A stretch of DNA of 57,812 bases, filler included, from Squatina squatina (GCA_031763465.1; 4 parts of 4 records of this genome joined end to end with filler, not necessarily neighbours in it); one strand, 5' to 3'; shown: positions 37,703-50,046, counted from the first letter of the whole stretch. Notes: generated by a model from the sequence alone, not told the origin. Numbers and translations are program-made.

Positions 37703-37819
37703 CTTTAAATCGCTCCCTGGAAGTGTAGCTATTCCATCCTTCCAGTCCATAGCACTGAAAACATCAAAGTCCTGGCTACCAGTAGCAGAGGCACAATCAC
37801 TCACAAAGCTTTTCTCCAT
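37703..37819 (-). CDS. L3MBTL3: L3MBTL3 first coding exon (probable ATG 37819, acceptor 37854-37855)
   Basis: MEKSFVSDCASATGSQDFDVFSAMDWKDGIATLPGSDLK then gtaaaa donor; recalled human QEFDVFSVMDWKDGVGTLPGSDLK; in phase with the exon at 37370. Confidence 0.92.
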
Positions 37820-37989
37820 TGCTGAACTTACTGTTGTGAATTGAGCAAAAAGTCTATTGAAAAGGAAAAAACAGCTTTAGATGACATCCGATTATGACCT
37901 GTAGCAGAAATACTGTACTCAAATAATGCATTTTAACCAAATGTTTATTTCAACCATTGCGATTATTCCTCTTCAGAGCCTTTAGCCCC

Positions 37990-38400
37990 AACTCTATCTC
38001 CTTGGCAGGAGTTGTGTGGCTGTGGGCCTAGGCGGACGGCAAACTGTCTGGCCATCCGCAATATGAAGCCCAGAAGATTTAACCGCCTGGGCCTCATCAG
38101 TCTCCTGTTCGCACCCAGTGGGCAGGAGTGGGATTTCGGGTGGCAGAGAGTACCAGGGATCCAAAAAAATGGTTCCCAGCGCTCACGCAAGTGGTTGGCA
38201 GAGGGTTTACGAGGGGGAGGGAAGCCTAGGGGCAGGGCAGGCCCAAGTTTTCCTCGTGGAATTCACAAGTAAACAAACAAAAATAAAATTACATCACCTT
38301 TCTGAGCCTCTCTGGCCCAGACTCCACAATGGCTGAGGGAATGCAGTAGACGGACCCAGAGCTTTCAATTCAGGAGTTTCGGGCTAAAGAGGGAGGGAGC
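37990..38400. mobile_element. Degenerate GC-rich interspersed repeat (MITE-like)
   Basis: GC-rich island in AT-rich intron, no recognisable ORF. Similar unclassified patches near 27390-27650, 35840-36100 and 54115-54295. Confidence 0.35.
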
Positions 38401-39587
38401 ATGGGGTAGGCTTATGGTGAAATTCTTAAGACTGTATTACATTGATTTAGAAGCCCTGGGGATACTTGTGATCCTGCTGGCTCAATATGCATAGTTGTGC
38501 AGATACTCAGTCGGAGCACTGCAAAGNNNNNNNNNNNNNNNNNNNNNNNNNNNNNNNNNNNNNNNNNNNNNNNNNNNNNNNNNNNNNNNNNNNNNNNNNN
38601 NNNNNNNNNNNNNNNNNNNNNNNNNNTTAAGTAGTTGTAATTAAAATATACATACTAAGTAAAAACCTAGACTATGTTTATCCTAAGGATATTATGCATT
38701 TCTGAAGAAAGGACCTTATATTAATATGTTTAGTTATTTGAAGACAATGATGCCTCTGACTCATACTTGTATCGTGTGTGCTAATCTAAATTACTATTAC
38801 TGTGGAAAGACTAATTTGTGTTTCTGGTAGCTGTATTTTATTTAAATTATTCTGTTTCCTCTGCCTGAAGTGCTTTTGTGAGTTGTTTTGCAAACATTCT
38901 TACCTCCTTTAAGGTATAATTGGTCAGGGGAAATGAAGACAAAACTCATTCAGCTGTAATGACTGGTATCGATGAAAATCTAAGCAATTGTGGCAGATAA
39001 AGCTGAGATTTTTTTTGAAGTCACTAAATCTACAGACATAAAGTGGAATCTGTAGGGCAATTTTTCACAACAAGTTGTGTTCTCTTAATCAAAATATAAT
39101 AACAGACTTTATCAATAATAAATTGCAAATAGAACTTTTAAAACTTCCCTTTAATAAATTAAACCTATTTCACCATGGATCCTGCTTACGTGATAGATGA
39201 GTTGATGACGTTAACAGAAGTGATCAATTAATTCAAGCAGTCCGTCTCTTGTGTTCTTCCCTAGGTCAGGTCCTAACTCAAGTTTCACACATGAGATTCT
39301 TGAGCCACTCACTAGGGAAGAGTAGCTGATGGGATCTTCCATTACCTTCTTCACGGAGTTTTATATTTGGAGTACCTCCTCTTTGGTGGGCTGCAACCAA
39401 GGCTAAAGATACCCTTTACGACCATTGGACGGTTGGAACTCCACTGGGCATTAACCCAGGATTCAGAGCCAGTGGTCCNNNNNNNNNNNNNNNNNNNNNN
39501 NNNNNNNNNNNNNNNNNNNNNNNNNNNNNNNNNNNNNNNNNNNNNNNNNNNNNNNNNNNNNNNNNNNNNNNNNNNNNNAATGTTTAC

Positions 39588-39620
39588 ATGGCACTGCAAT
39601 TCAAGGTCACAGACACAAAG
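39588..39620 (+). CDS. TMEM244: Transmembrane protein 244, first coding exon
   Basis: ATG, 33 nt, MALQFKVTDTK then gtatca donor; recalled human MALQVRVAPSK; divergent from L3MBTL3 as in human. Confidence 0.82.
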
Positions 39621-39863
39621 GTATCAAGCACGAACAACTTTTTGTATGTATGGAATAATGTGGATAAAGATGAAAGTCGATACAAAGGCTGTTTCAGCTT
39701 TACAGTTATTAGCCTGAGTGATGATGCTGAAAAATTCAATTGGTTTGCTCTGCATTGCAAGACTATTGTATTTGATGTAGAATTTATGTCAAAATTAATT
39801 AATCACAGTCTTAAAGATTTTTATCGAATCTAACAGTTTTTATTTTGTGATTATTTTTGGCAG

Positions 39864-39949
39864 ACAGTTCTCCTACATTTACTGATATGTTTGACAACCT
39901 TCTATGCTGTGTATTACATTACCGGCAGCATATTCTTTGGAGCTTTCAG
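39864..39949 (+). CDS. TMEM244: TMEM244 exon 2 (hydrophobic segment)
   Basis: 86-nt exon, ttggcag acceptor and gtgaga donor; TVLLHLLICLTTFYAVYYITGSIFFGAF versus recalled human VVLQKFLLCVILFYTVYYVSLSMGCVMF; in frame with exon 1. Confidence 0.85.
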
Positions 39950-40481
39950 GTGAGAATTTCAGGTGCTGTCGGAAAACCTATGTATTAACTTTAAAACTTA
40001 GATATCTTGAAGATTCTTTTGTTTTCTGTTCTCCATCAATAACATCCCTCCTTCCCGATACTTCGCCCAAGCAACATTTTCGATGTATGAGTTTAGCACA
40101 GTGAGTCAGATAGGCTATTAGGTTATTACAAAGGCCGTCACACCCAAACTTGATTTTGCTTTCGCTTTACATCCAGAGAGATCAATCCTGCTAGAAATGT
40201 GCTTTGATGGCAATACCTTGGCTTGTTTTTTTATCTTACTAATGTTATGCACAAATAAGCATTCAAATTGTTGTGGTAATAACTTTAATTTCCAGGCCCC
40301 TCTAAAACATTCCTGCCAATCAAGTGCAATTGCTAGAATGTGCTTACTCCTATCAATGTTTGTCAGTGTGCTACCATCTAGNNNNNNNNNNNNNNNNNNN
40401 NNNNNNNNNNNNNNNNNNNNNNNNNNNNNNNNNNNNNNNNNNNNNNNNNNNNNNNNNNNNNNNNNNNNNNNNNNNNNNNNN

Positions 40482-40931
40482 AGCATTGACAGTGACGGCA
40501 ACCTGCTCCCATTCCTTTCTCAGCATGTGTCTAGAGGACCTCCTGGCTCCCTGTGAATAGAGGACAGCACTCCTCCTGCACCAGGGCCTCGAGTGCTTCA
40601 TCTGAAAATCTGGAAGCCCTCTCTCTACCATGTTCCGCCATCTTAACTCTTCCTCTAGGTCATACACTCCTCTACAATGACTTCCAATAGCTGCTGCAGC
40701 CTGAATGCACCTTTCCTTTAAGAGGTGCAAGCTGGCTTTAAGAGGTGCTGACTGGCTTCAAGAGGTGTGGGCTAGCTTTAATTGGTGCTAGCATCGCACA
40801 ACCTAGGTCCTCTGCTGAGGCGTGCAGCCATTCAACAGCGCGTTTAGCGCTGGGCTGCATGTTACTATCTTTTAAATTAGAAGGCAGCATGAAGTTTGCG
40901 TGTTGCCGGCATTGGAAAGAGATTTCGGGCC
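40482..40931 (-). mobile_element. PIF/Harbinger-like element end with frameshifted Myb/SANT-like ORF
   Basis: Minus strand ERASRFSDEALEALVQE, frameshift, RSAVLYSQGARRSSRHMLRKEWEQVAVTVNA fits the RF...LE.LV..V...L...W..VA..VNA pattern; terminus ggcccgaaatc at 40931. Confidence 0.7.
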
Positions 40932-41373
40932 TTATCCAATTTCTAGGCCAAGATGTTTATAAAATGTTTTAGGGTTCAATTTAATGTTGCCTGCGAATCT
41001 TTTCTCATAACCTCTCTTTGCCTCCCGTATTAATTTTTTCAATTCTTTCCATAATCTTCCTAGTTATTAACTATCGTGCTCCTGACATTCGTCAAAAACT
41101 TTTATTTCATTTGTCATCCAGAGTGCATTAGCTTTGGATGCTCTACTTTTTCCCTTCGAAGGAATATGCCTAGTTTATACCTGAACTGTCTTTTCCCCGA
41201 AAGCTCTCCATTGCTCCATTACTGCTTTAGTCTGCAATCACCTTTTCCAATCTACCTGNNNNNNNNNNNNNNNNNNNNNNNNNNNNNNNNNNNNNNNNNN
41301 NNNNNNNNNNNNNNNNNNNNNNNNNNNNNNNNNNNNNNNNNNNNNNNNNNNNNNNNNNATTATTTTCATCTAG

Positions 41374-41468
41374 GTTGTGCTTTGTTGATAATGATCTGCA
41401 GTGGACAACTTCTTGTGCATTTTGCATTCCAAGACAACATCATTTATCCACTTCTGGACGACTTTTGA
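41374..41468 (+). CDS. TMEM244: Probable TMEM244 terminal coding exon
   Basis: ttttcatctag acceptor; (G)CALLIMICSGQLLVHFAFQDNIIYPLLDDF-TGA, a hydrophobic helix plus IYP.LD.F ending that I recall from non-human TMEM244. Middle exons not seen. Confidence 0.65.
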
Positions 41469-41699
41469 ACATGACTTTCCATAGAGCTGCACTGGTTGAA
41501 TTGTGTCCGGTTGCTGTGCGTTCTCTCTGTGATTCGACTGGACTGGAATTTCTCTGTGCATCAAGTTTGGTATATTTGAGACTCTTTCTGTAGCATAAAA
41601 ATCCAGGAATGAGAAAAGGCCATTTAACTGAGCCTGATCACTCCGTCCTCTGGGTTCTGTTTCAGATCCGGCTCTGAATATTTAAATTAATATATTCCT

Positions 41700-41875
41700 A
41701 TCCAGATTTACAGCTTACTACCTGGCCGTAAACTGGTGCTGCTGGTCTGTTATAGAAAACACCCCATTTTCATTTCCACTGAAATCAATGGAAATTAATA
41801 TTGGGCAGTTTTTATAACAAGCGGCTGAGCCGCAATGCCAGTTTTATGTCAGGTGGTGAGTTGAAAATCTCTCCC
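41700..41875. mobile_element. Palindromic MITE
   Basis: Long imperfect inverted repeat centred on atttccactgaaatcaatggaaat. Confidence 0.7.
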
Positions 41876-42399
41876 ATTATTTCTGTACCCTTTTCTGAAC
41901 CAGCGTTAATTCAGCGGAGTATTACTGAACTAGCTGGTAGGTTATTCTACAAATTAACAAGTCTGAGTAAAAAAAAAGTTATTTTGTATACTGGGTTGAT
42001 CACATAGCTTTCTCAGTTTATAATCGCATCCACTGATTTTGCATATGCTGGTTGTACATAAAATACCTTTCCACATCTTATCAGCTGCCTAAGCCTGGAT
42101 CATATCCGTTAACCTTACTTTTTTTCGAATGAAACTACAATAGATGAGGCAGTGCTTAGACTGTGTATTGCACGACAACTGTATGTCATAACTACAGGGA
42201 TCAAAATCCAAACGCCTACCAGTATATGTTAAATTGAATAAGTGTCAGTAGAGTTACTTTCATTGCTTAAGCAGGCAACTGCTGAGAAAAATTATTTTAN
42301 NNNNNNNNNNNNNNNNNNNNNNNNNNNNNNNNNNNNNNNNNNNNNNNNNNNNNNNNNNNNNNNNNNNNNNNNNNNNNNNNNNNNNNNNNNNNNNNNNNN

Positions 42400-42565
42400 T
42401 GGCCTGTAGTTTCTGGGTTTATCGTTACACCCTTTTTTGAACAAGGGTGTAACATTTTCAATTCTTCAATTTTCAATTCTGCGGCACCAGCACCCACACT
42501 CCACCCCCGTATCTAAGGAGGATTTTAAGATTATGGCCAGTGCCTCCGCAATTTCCAACCTTCTT
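42400..42565 (-). mobile_element. CR1 ORF2 fragment upstream of the RT core
   Basis: EIAEALAIILKSSLDTG...NVTPLFKKGCNDKPRNYRP on the minus strand. Confidence 0.8.
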
Positions 42566-42899
42566 TAAGTTCTTCAAGTAACGACTTTAATGAAGGCACT
42601 AAGGACACAAGAGAACATTAAGTAGATACATTTAATTAGGTTGCTGTGATAACTTTTGGATTTTCAAAAGCAAATTGTTTAAATGCTGTTTTGAACAATA
42701 GGTGCCCTAACAGTTTGAAATCCTCTCAGAGATGAAGAATAAAGCACTAATCTAAGATGCACGTCATTTTCCAGAAAGCTTTATTTTTTTTTAAAGTCTC
42801 TGTTTTTCATGAAGAGTATGCGAAACCTTATTTAACTTGCTTGCAATGCAACGAAGGATTTCATGGTGACAAAAAGTTAGTTCTCCCGATGTTCCTCCA

Positions 42900-43510
42900 A
42901 AGCTTTGTAAACTTTTCCACCCTTGCCGGAGGTTCTCGCTGGCCATCCCGGGGTGTCTGTGTACGGAGGAAGCACCGTCGGGGAAACGCTCGCTCGGCTT
43001 CTTTCCCCTGGGGGTTACGGGGGATGTTATCGCATTGGTCTCGGTCAGAGATAAATCACTGCCGCTATTTCTCGTTCACTTTGTCAACAGGTCGCCTATT
43101 TCGCGGTCGCGCTGCGTTTTCGCATCACATTGGAGAGAGGCTGCGCTCTAACTTGAGCCCGTTGTTTGACAGATGGAAATAAAACTAAGCTGGGCTTCAG
43201 CGGCTGCCACTTCAAATCATGTAAATCGATATATTTATCCTAAGAGAGAAGGAGAGCCCTTACACTGGTCACCAGCAGCATCTGCAGTTACCGCTATTCT
43301 TCAAATTGTATGTATTCGATGAGCAATCATTGTTGTATTTTTAGCAAGGATTTCCCGAGGGATTACAGTTTGTTATGTTCAGCTCCCTTTGGAAAATAAA
43401 CAGTTTCGGAAAAGTGACGGATGTTCTGAGCTACCAAAAGGTGGAAGAGGGATTCCAAAAATGGTCCCGATGGGTACTAAATTGATACATTACCTTCACC
43501 TGAGGTAAGA
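42900..43510 (+). promoter_or_regulatory. CpG-enriched putative promoter and first exon
   Basis: Local CpG cluster (cgctcgctcgg, cgcggtcgcgctgcg) not resembling the MITEs, followed by a strong donor GAG/gtaaga at 43504/43505. Confidence 0.4.
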
Positions 43511-44267
43511 TTTATTGCTTTCAAAATGTTGACACAGCTAAGTTTGATTTTTTTGCTGTTGCAAAGTTGTTCATTTTCAGCCTTGTTATTATGTTTGGAC
43601 ACTGACAGAATTCATGTGGTTTGTAACTTGGGTTTGTGACCAAGGTAAACCAATAGGAACAGGCGACATTGGACACTTTGTGAAATGTGAATGGTCTACT
43701 GTAGGTGAGAGACGCTCTTTGGGAACATTGCCCATTTTAGAGATTCAGCTTAACACTGTTTCCTCTTCTCCCACAGTTTACCCGGTGGAGTAACATGGCC
43801 GTGTTTTGCTCTGATTGTATTCCTGGAATCTCAGTTGACACATCAGAACTGCCTGGGTGCAAGTTACTGGAGGGTAGAGATTGGTAAACGGAGGGATTGA
43901 TAAAATGAGTCAAAATGTAGGGATTGAATAATGTACCATTCCAAACACATAACTGTGATAAGATTTAACTTGACTATGTGTATCTTTCTACAAGCTGAAG
44001 TGCCCTTGTACATGAGAATTTCTGAACTGAGTGTATATGATATAAAGATAAAGAGAACACCACAAATGCTGGGAATCTAAAATAAAAACATCAACTGCTG
44101 TAAATGCTGAATAGGTTGATCAGTAAATGGAAGAGAAAGGGAATTTCACCCCTTTGGCTGGGGGTTANNNNNNNNNNNNNNNNNNNNNNNNNNNNNNNNN
44201 NNNNNNNNNNNNNNNNNNNNNNNNNNNNNNNNNNNNNNNNNNNNNNNNNNNNNNNNNNNNNNNNNNN

Positions 44268-44950
44268 TAATCTCTCTTTGTAATTTAACCCCTGGAGTCC
44301 AAGTATCTTTCTGGTAAATCTACGCTGTGCTCTGTCCAAGGCCAATATATTTTTCCTAAAGTCTGTTGCCCAGAAATGCTCACAGTTCTCAATGTGTGGT
44401 CTAACCAGGGTATTGTATAGTTGCAGCACAACTTCTACCCCCTTGTATTCGAGTCTTCTCGACATAAAGACCAGCATCCTACTATCCTTTTTGGTTATTT
44501 TCTGTCACTGTTCCTGACATTTAATGATCTATGTATGCCGACCCCGCTCCTCCCCCACCCCCCGCAAGTCTCTTTTGACCTCGACTGTTTTTTGGCTTGT
44601 CATAATTTAGAAATTACACTGTTCTACTATTTTTACATCCCAAGTGGATGATGTCACATTTGCCTATATTGAAATTTATTTGCCACAGGTTTGCCCATTC
44701 TCGAAATCTATCAATACATCTCTTTAATTTTATTCTTCCATATATATTGCTTACAATGCCGCCTACCTTTGCATCATCCACAAACATGGATATGTGGCTT
44801 TCTATCCCATCAACAACTAAGTTGTTAATAAATATGGTGAATAGCTGAAGCCCCTACACAGATCCTTCCAGGACACCACTCATCACATCATGCCAATCAG
44901 AGTACCTGCCCATTATCCCCCCCCTCTGTCTCCTGCCACTTTGCCAATTT
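44268..44950 (-). mobile_element. CR1 LINE reverse transcriptase fragment (degenerate)
   Basis: Decayed GVPQGSVLGP (SGVLEGSV*G), LFTIFINNL, MFVDDAKVGG and LYNTLVRPHIE...QRRFTRKI..L.Y.ERL. Confidence 0.9.
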
Positions 44951-45050
44951 NNNNNNNNNNNNNNNNNNNNNNNNNNNNNNNNNNNNNNNNNNNNTTAATT
45001 AATTAANNNNNNNNNNNNNNNNNNNNNNNNNNNNNNNNNNNNNNNNNNNN
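44951..45050. other. Artificial scaffold linker
   Basis: TTAATTAATTAA at 44995-45006 centred in a 100-nt N spacer. Confidence 0.97.
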
Positions 45051-45054
45051 AGCC

Positions 45055-45190
45055 CTACAACAACAACAACATCAACTTATGTTTATAAAATGCTTTTAAT
45101 GTAAGAAATGTCCCAAAGTGTCTCGCAAATGAAAATAGGTAAAGGACTGAACCATGGGAGAGATTGGGAGGGTTGACAGAAAGTGTTAAT
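45055..45190 (-). mobile_element. L2-type 3' tail with (CAA)n
   Basis: acaacaacaacaacatcaacttatgtttata...gtcccaaagtg, related to 11460-11710. Confidence 0.6.
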
Positions 45191-45320
45191 ATTTAAGTTT
45201 GGTACAATCAGCAATTAAAATTATATGTAAAACAAGTTTAGTTGCTTCCCCCTTCTCTAATGGAGCCAGTTATTCTGACAGTGCATTTAGTGTAATAATT
45301 TAAGTCATATAGTCATCAAC

Positions 45321-45683
45321 GTTAGCTGTGGCTCAGTGGTAGCACTCTCGCCTATGAATCAGAAGACTGAGTTCAAGTCACAAGGAGTACTGCACAGTCG
45401 GAGGTGCCATATTTCTGCCCTCTCAGGTGGGCATAAAATATCCCATGGCACTATTTCGAAGAAGTGCAGAGGTGTTCTCCCTGATGTCCTGGCCAATATT
45501 TATCCTTCAGCTAGCAACACTTAAACAGATGATCTGGTCATTATCACATTGCTATTTGTGAGACCTTGCTGTGGGCAACTTGGCTGTGTTTCCTACATTA
45601 CACAGGGACTACATTTCAAAGGATCTTAATTGGCTGTAAAGCTCATTTGGACATTCTGAGATGATGAAAGGTGCTATCGCAAT
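45321..45683 (+). mobile_element. tRNA-derived Deu-domain SINE, internally deleted
   Basis: A box tggctcagtgg, B box gttcaagtc, Deu core (gtcggaggtgcc...atcccatggcactatttcgaaga...tgtcctggccaatattt), L2-like tail. Confidence 0.85.
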
Positions 45684-46324
45684 CTGACGGGCTGTCGAGT
45701 GGGAAACAGAAGAAGAAAATGATAATGAGATCCTGCCATTAATATCAGCCAGACCTCTGCATCCCTGAACTTTCCAGGTTCCGCCCTCCCCTCACCCATT
45801 CCTCGTGTTCCCCTGCACCCTCCCCGCCTCCCTGTAAATCTCATGGTCTTTGTTTTTCAATTTTATATTTATTTCACCCTTGTCTACTTAGCTCGTTCCA
45901 CACTATGGGACATTCCAGACTATCTAGCCCTACATCTCTACTTATACTCCCCTTGAGGTATGCTCTGCTACCTACGTCAAAATCTTTTAATTGGGAGCAA
46001 ATGCTAATCAACAGAATTTGAATAAGCAAAGTAGCCATCACTTGAGTAATTGTTTTGGGGTCATGTAAGCAGTTAGAAGCTGATCAAACAAAACCCTGGC
46101 TTGTGCAGAAGTAAGTAACAATTATTTTGAAAATGAGGCCACAAACTGAAAATCCTCTTGTCCAGTATTACAGACGTGAAAATAAACAGGTGAAGTTGAG
46201 AAGTAAATCCTTTAATAATAAGATATATTTTGTACTTAACAGTTGTTATTGCCTGGAGTCCTTCTTCTAGATACTATAATTATTTTGCATACAACACACA
46301 CCACATATAATATGTAATACATAT

Positions 46325-46392
46325 AAACAAAAAGTGCTGGAAAAACTCAGCAGGTCAGGCAGCATCTGTGGAGAGATGACCCTTCGTCAGAA
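46325..46392. mobile_element. Penelope-like terminal repeat fragment
   Basis: gtgctggaaaaactcagcaggtcaggcagcatctgtggagagatgacccttcgtcagaa, related to the arms at 21019-21225. Confidence 0.6.
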
Positions 46393-46498
46393 AGTTGANN
46401 NNNNNNNNNNNNNNNNNNNNNNNNNNNNNNNNNNNNNNNNNNNNNNNNNNNNNNNNNNNNNNNNNNNNNNNNNNNNNNNNNNNNNNNNNNNNNNNNNN

Positions 46499-46650
46499 TG
46501 ATAGATTTCTAGATATTAAAGGCATCAAGGGATATGGGGATAGGGCAGGAAAATGGTGCTGAGGTAGAAGATCAGCTATGATCTTGTTGAATGGCAGAGC
46601 CAGCTCGAGGGGCCGAATGGCCTACTCCTGCTCCTATTTCTTATTTCTTT
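46499..46650 (+). mobile_element. CR1 3' end
   Basis: gatagattt...aagggatatgggga...gaggggccgaatggcctactcctgctcctatttctt. Confidence 0.85.
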
Positions 46651-47749
46651 TCTTACATGGAGGGAGATCGATGACTGTTAGCATTCAAAGACACATTGCA
46701 AGGTATAAGTTTGATTTGTATTGTAGTCACGAGATCATTATTCATATTCATGTTTTCTCTCATAATCGCTCGCATTTCAACTTTGTGTTCAAGTGCACAA
46801 CAGTAATTTTCTGTGAAAATTTAGTAAAGTTACACTGCATATGATTTGAAAAAGCAATTGTAATATTGAAGCGCTAAGGAAAATACATGAAATATCTTTG
46901 AGCGGTAGCCATTCCAAAATCTGCATTTAATGCTTTCATATGTGAGCTGCTCTCTGAATTAAATATTGAAGGAACCCCACTGGGGAATTGTTGTTTCGTA
47001 AGCTGAATCTCATCCTGCATTCGATCATTACCTGGTTTCACATTAAACAAATCCCACACATTGAACTGACATTTTGATGTCAATTATCTAACCAATGACT
47101 CAGCAGATTGTTTTTGCAAATAAGAAGGAAGTGCTGTAAGCTATTTAAGCTATCTATACCTGAATGCATTTAAAAGTGATGAATAGAATCACAGCTAGCA
47201 GTATTGAAACAGTTTTATGTGGGAGTGTTTGTGGTATTACATTTGCAATAAATCAGACGAGCCATATCAGGATGAAAGGGATAATGCAGTCCATTCTTTG
47301 TATTTAAAATCTCCTTGAAATTTATATTGTACTGGTTCATTGTTCAAAGCAAAGCTATGTTGACAATCTACTTTGAAAGATTGAAGTGAAAGAAACATTT
47401 TCATATCGCGTAATGAATGTCCTTCCTACCGGAACAGGCCACCTAGTCTTCCAAATGTAACCCATGAAATGTTTTTTTTAAATATCTAGATAATTTCCTC
47501 AGGCATTGCTTGTAGGCTGAGGGATGTGTCATGCTGCTGTGCAACCAAGTTAAATAGCAGCAATGCTCCTCTGGACTTCAAGCATAAAGAGGGTGGGTCT
47601 CAAGGTGTGCCAAAATTACTGAGGAGGAGGGTGAGGGACAGGTAAGACAGGGAGGCAGGCTGGGCCTGAAAGTAAATATAAGGCATTAAGGGAGTGAGCA
47701 AGCAGCAGGTCAGGCCAGAGAGGGAAGTGGGCCCAAACTATGGAGGGAA

Positions 47750-48200
47750 CATTGGAACATTAGAAACGGGAGTCGGCCATTCAGCCCCTCCAACCTGCTC
47801 TGTCATTTAGTTAGATCATGGTTAATCTGTACCTCAACTCCATTTATCCACCTTTGCTCCATATCACTTGATGTGATTACCCAACAAAAATCTATCTACC
47901 TCAGTCTTGAAAGCTTCATTTATCCCAGCATCCACAGCCTTTTGGGGGAGATAGTTCCAGATTTCTGTCACCCTTTGTGAAAAAGTGCTTTCTGATTTCG
48001 GCCCTGACTGGCTGCTCTAATTTTAAGATTATGTCTCCCTTATTTTTCTTGATTTTTCCCACCAGTGGAATTAGATTCTCCCTATCAAAACCTTTTAACA
48101 TTTTAAGCACCTTGATCAGATCACCCCTCAATCTTCCATACTCAAGGGAATATAAGCCAAGTTTATGCAACCTGTCCTCATAACTTAACTCCCATAATCC
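47750..48200 (-). mobile_element. CR1 LINE ORF2 C-terminus and 3' end
   Basis: YEDRLHKLGLYSLEYGRLRGDLIKVLKMLKGFDR...IRKHFFT plus terminal ggctgaatggcc motif. Confidence 0.9.
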
Positions 48201-49879
48201 CTAAGGGAGCAGATGGGAGGTAGGGCAGGTAGTAGTGGGTGGGGTTAGGCAGCTATCGTCATATTTGATGTGCACAGAGCTGGTACGTCAGCTGTCTTGC
48301 AATATCCACCTCTTTTTTTAAGTGTTTATCAAGCTAATTATAGTCTGCAGTTGACCGGAAACTCTTGTGGTTGCTTTCTGTTTCTGATTTTACTCCCAAG
48401 GACCTCCGGAAAGGAAAATGGATCTGTTGGACTGCATTTACCACACAATAGATCTGAGCAAAAGGTCAATCCATACTCAGTTGCCTGAGTTTAATCAAGT
48501 ATCAGTTTAAATCCTGTACCAGTTTACTCATGTACCAGTTTAATCATGTAGCAGAATAGATCCTCTTCGATCCATTTTGCCACCCCTTTTTTCCTATTCA
48601 GACATGATTCAACACATTGGGGAATGGCATTGGGATGGGTGGGGCTTCAAGGGATGAAGACAACATTTTTCAATGAAGAAAAATGTCAAATAGTAAACTC
48701 TGATTCCATAATTCTATTTGATATTTTACCATNNNNNNNNNNNNNNNNNNNNNNNNNNNNNNNNNNNNNNNNNNNNNNNNNNNNNNNNNNNNNNNNNNNN
48801 NNNNNNNNNNNNNNNNNNNNNNNNNNNNNNNNTTAAAATCGCATACCAAGAAATCTCAATCCCTCTTTAAAAGTTTTATGTGTTTCTTTAGTAACTAGGC
48901 TTTAATGACATCAAAGATGCTTTTCGGGAAAGCATTTTTTTCAAACACCTTGACATGAATCTCAAGGCTAAAACAGAGACAAGAAAATGCTGCAGTGTGG
49001 GTTCAACCTGAAAAGTTTTACAAATAAGCCTGGTCAGGTCACCAAAAGCAATGTTAAACAAACTGTGCTTTGAATTTTTGTAACTATATTTGATATTGAG
49101 TTCTGTTTTCCTGTTGTGAAGTCGTCCATTCAGCGGCTTCTGCTGAGAACTTGTGAAATGCACTGTCGGAGATCTACATGAAGATGTTAGAGATGCGAGT
49201 GGAGCTTTGGTTAACAAAAGGGAAATTTACTCAGGTATACCCTGTTTATTTGTATCGACCAAACATTCTAATTTGGAGTCATGGGACTGTTGCAGGGTTT
49301 GAAGTGTTCGTTTCATTTTATTGAAAAGATCAAACCGTGTCTGATCAAAAGATGAAATTGGTTTGTTTCCTTGAATTAATCTACAATATCGATCCTTTGA
49401 TCTGAAAGCACAGGTTGATTGCATTGTGAAGATTTGCATATTTGATGCAGATATGCAAAGTGTTTATATCTTTCATGAGACAGCCTAAATATTGAGCAAT
49501 GCATTTATAGCAGCAGTTTCTATTGTTAATTGGTTAAATGTGTGAAATATTGCTGAATTTGTCTGGCCCCTTCTACATCAAAGAATTGTCAATAAGTATT
49601 GGTCTTGGCATCTAAGGAGTTAAAAGTAAGGAGCTTGAAAAGTTCTGGTACTTTTGAAACTGGTTCTGAGAGAATCATGGACTGTCTGAAAATTAATGAG
49701 CTCGAGAGGCTGAAAACATTCACCATGCCAGAATAAAAATTTTGATAACAATCAGAAGCCATTCCAACAAAAGGTAATTGATCCAATACAGGCTTTCTCA
49801 TTGTATATATACTTATATATATTGTGCTCCTAGCAATTACTGATTATTATGCTTCATATTTGTTAATTTTTTCAGTACA

Positions 49880-50046
49880 TTTGTTAATTCTGTCCTCATT
49901 TACTCTTGCCCCTACTTACATTTGCAAATTCCTTCAGACTTATATTCCTACACACCCACCCCCCACTCTACTGAATCTAGATTATTTTGCATTCTTCTGC
50001 TCCACCTTCAGCTACAGATCCTTCAGCTATTCTGCAGTAGTCTCCC
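49880..50046 (+). mobile_element. Degenerate L2 ORF2 C-terminal fragment
   Basis: LAPTYICKFLQTYIP...RSFSYSA resembles L2 LAP.YL..LL..Y.P...RAFS..AP; similar piece at 15601-15690. Confidence 0.55.

Noticed and set aside
45321-45385. tRNA gene (A and B boxes), also at 52023-52095
   Set aside because: Continues into the Deu-domain SINE body; these are SINE heads.
48888-49801. Cluster of short minus-strand ORFs and exon-like signals
   Set aside because: No recognisable peptide or consistent splice phases.
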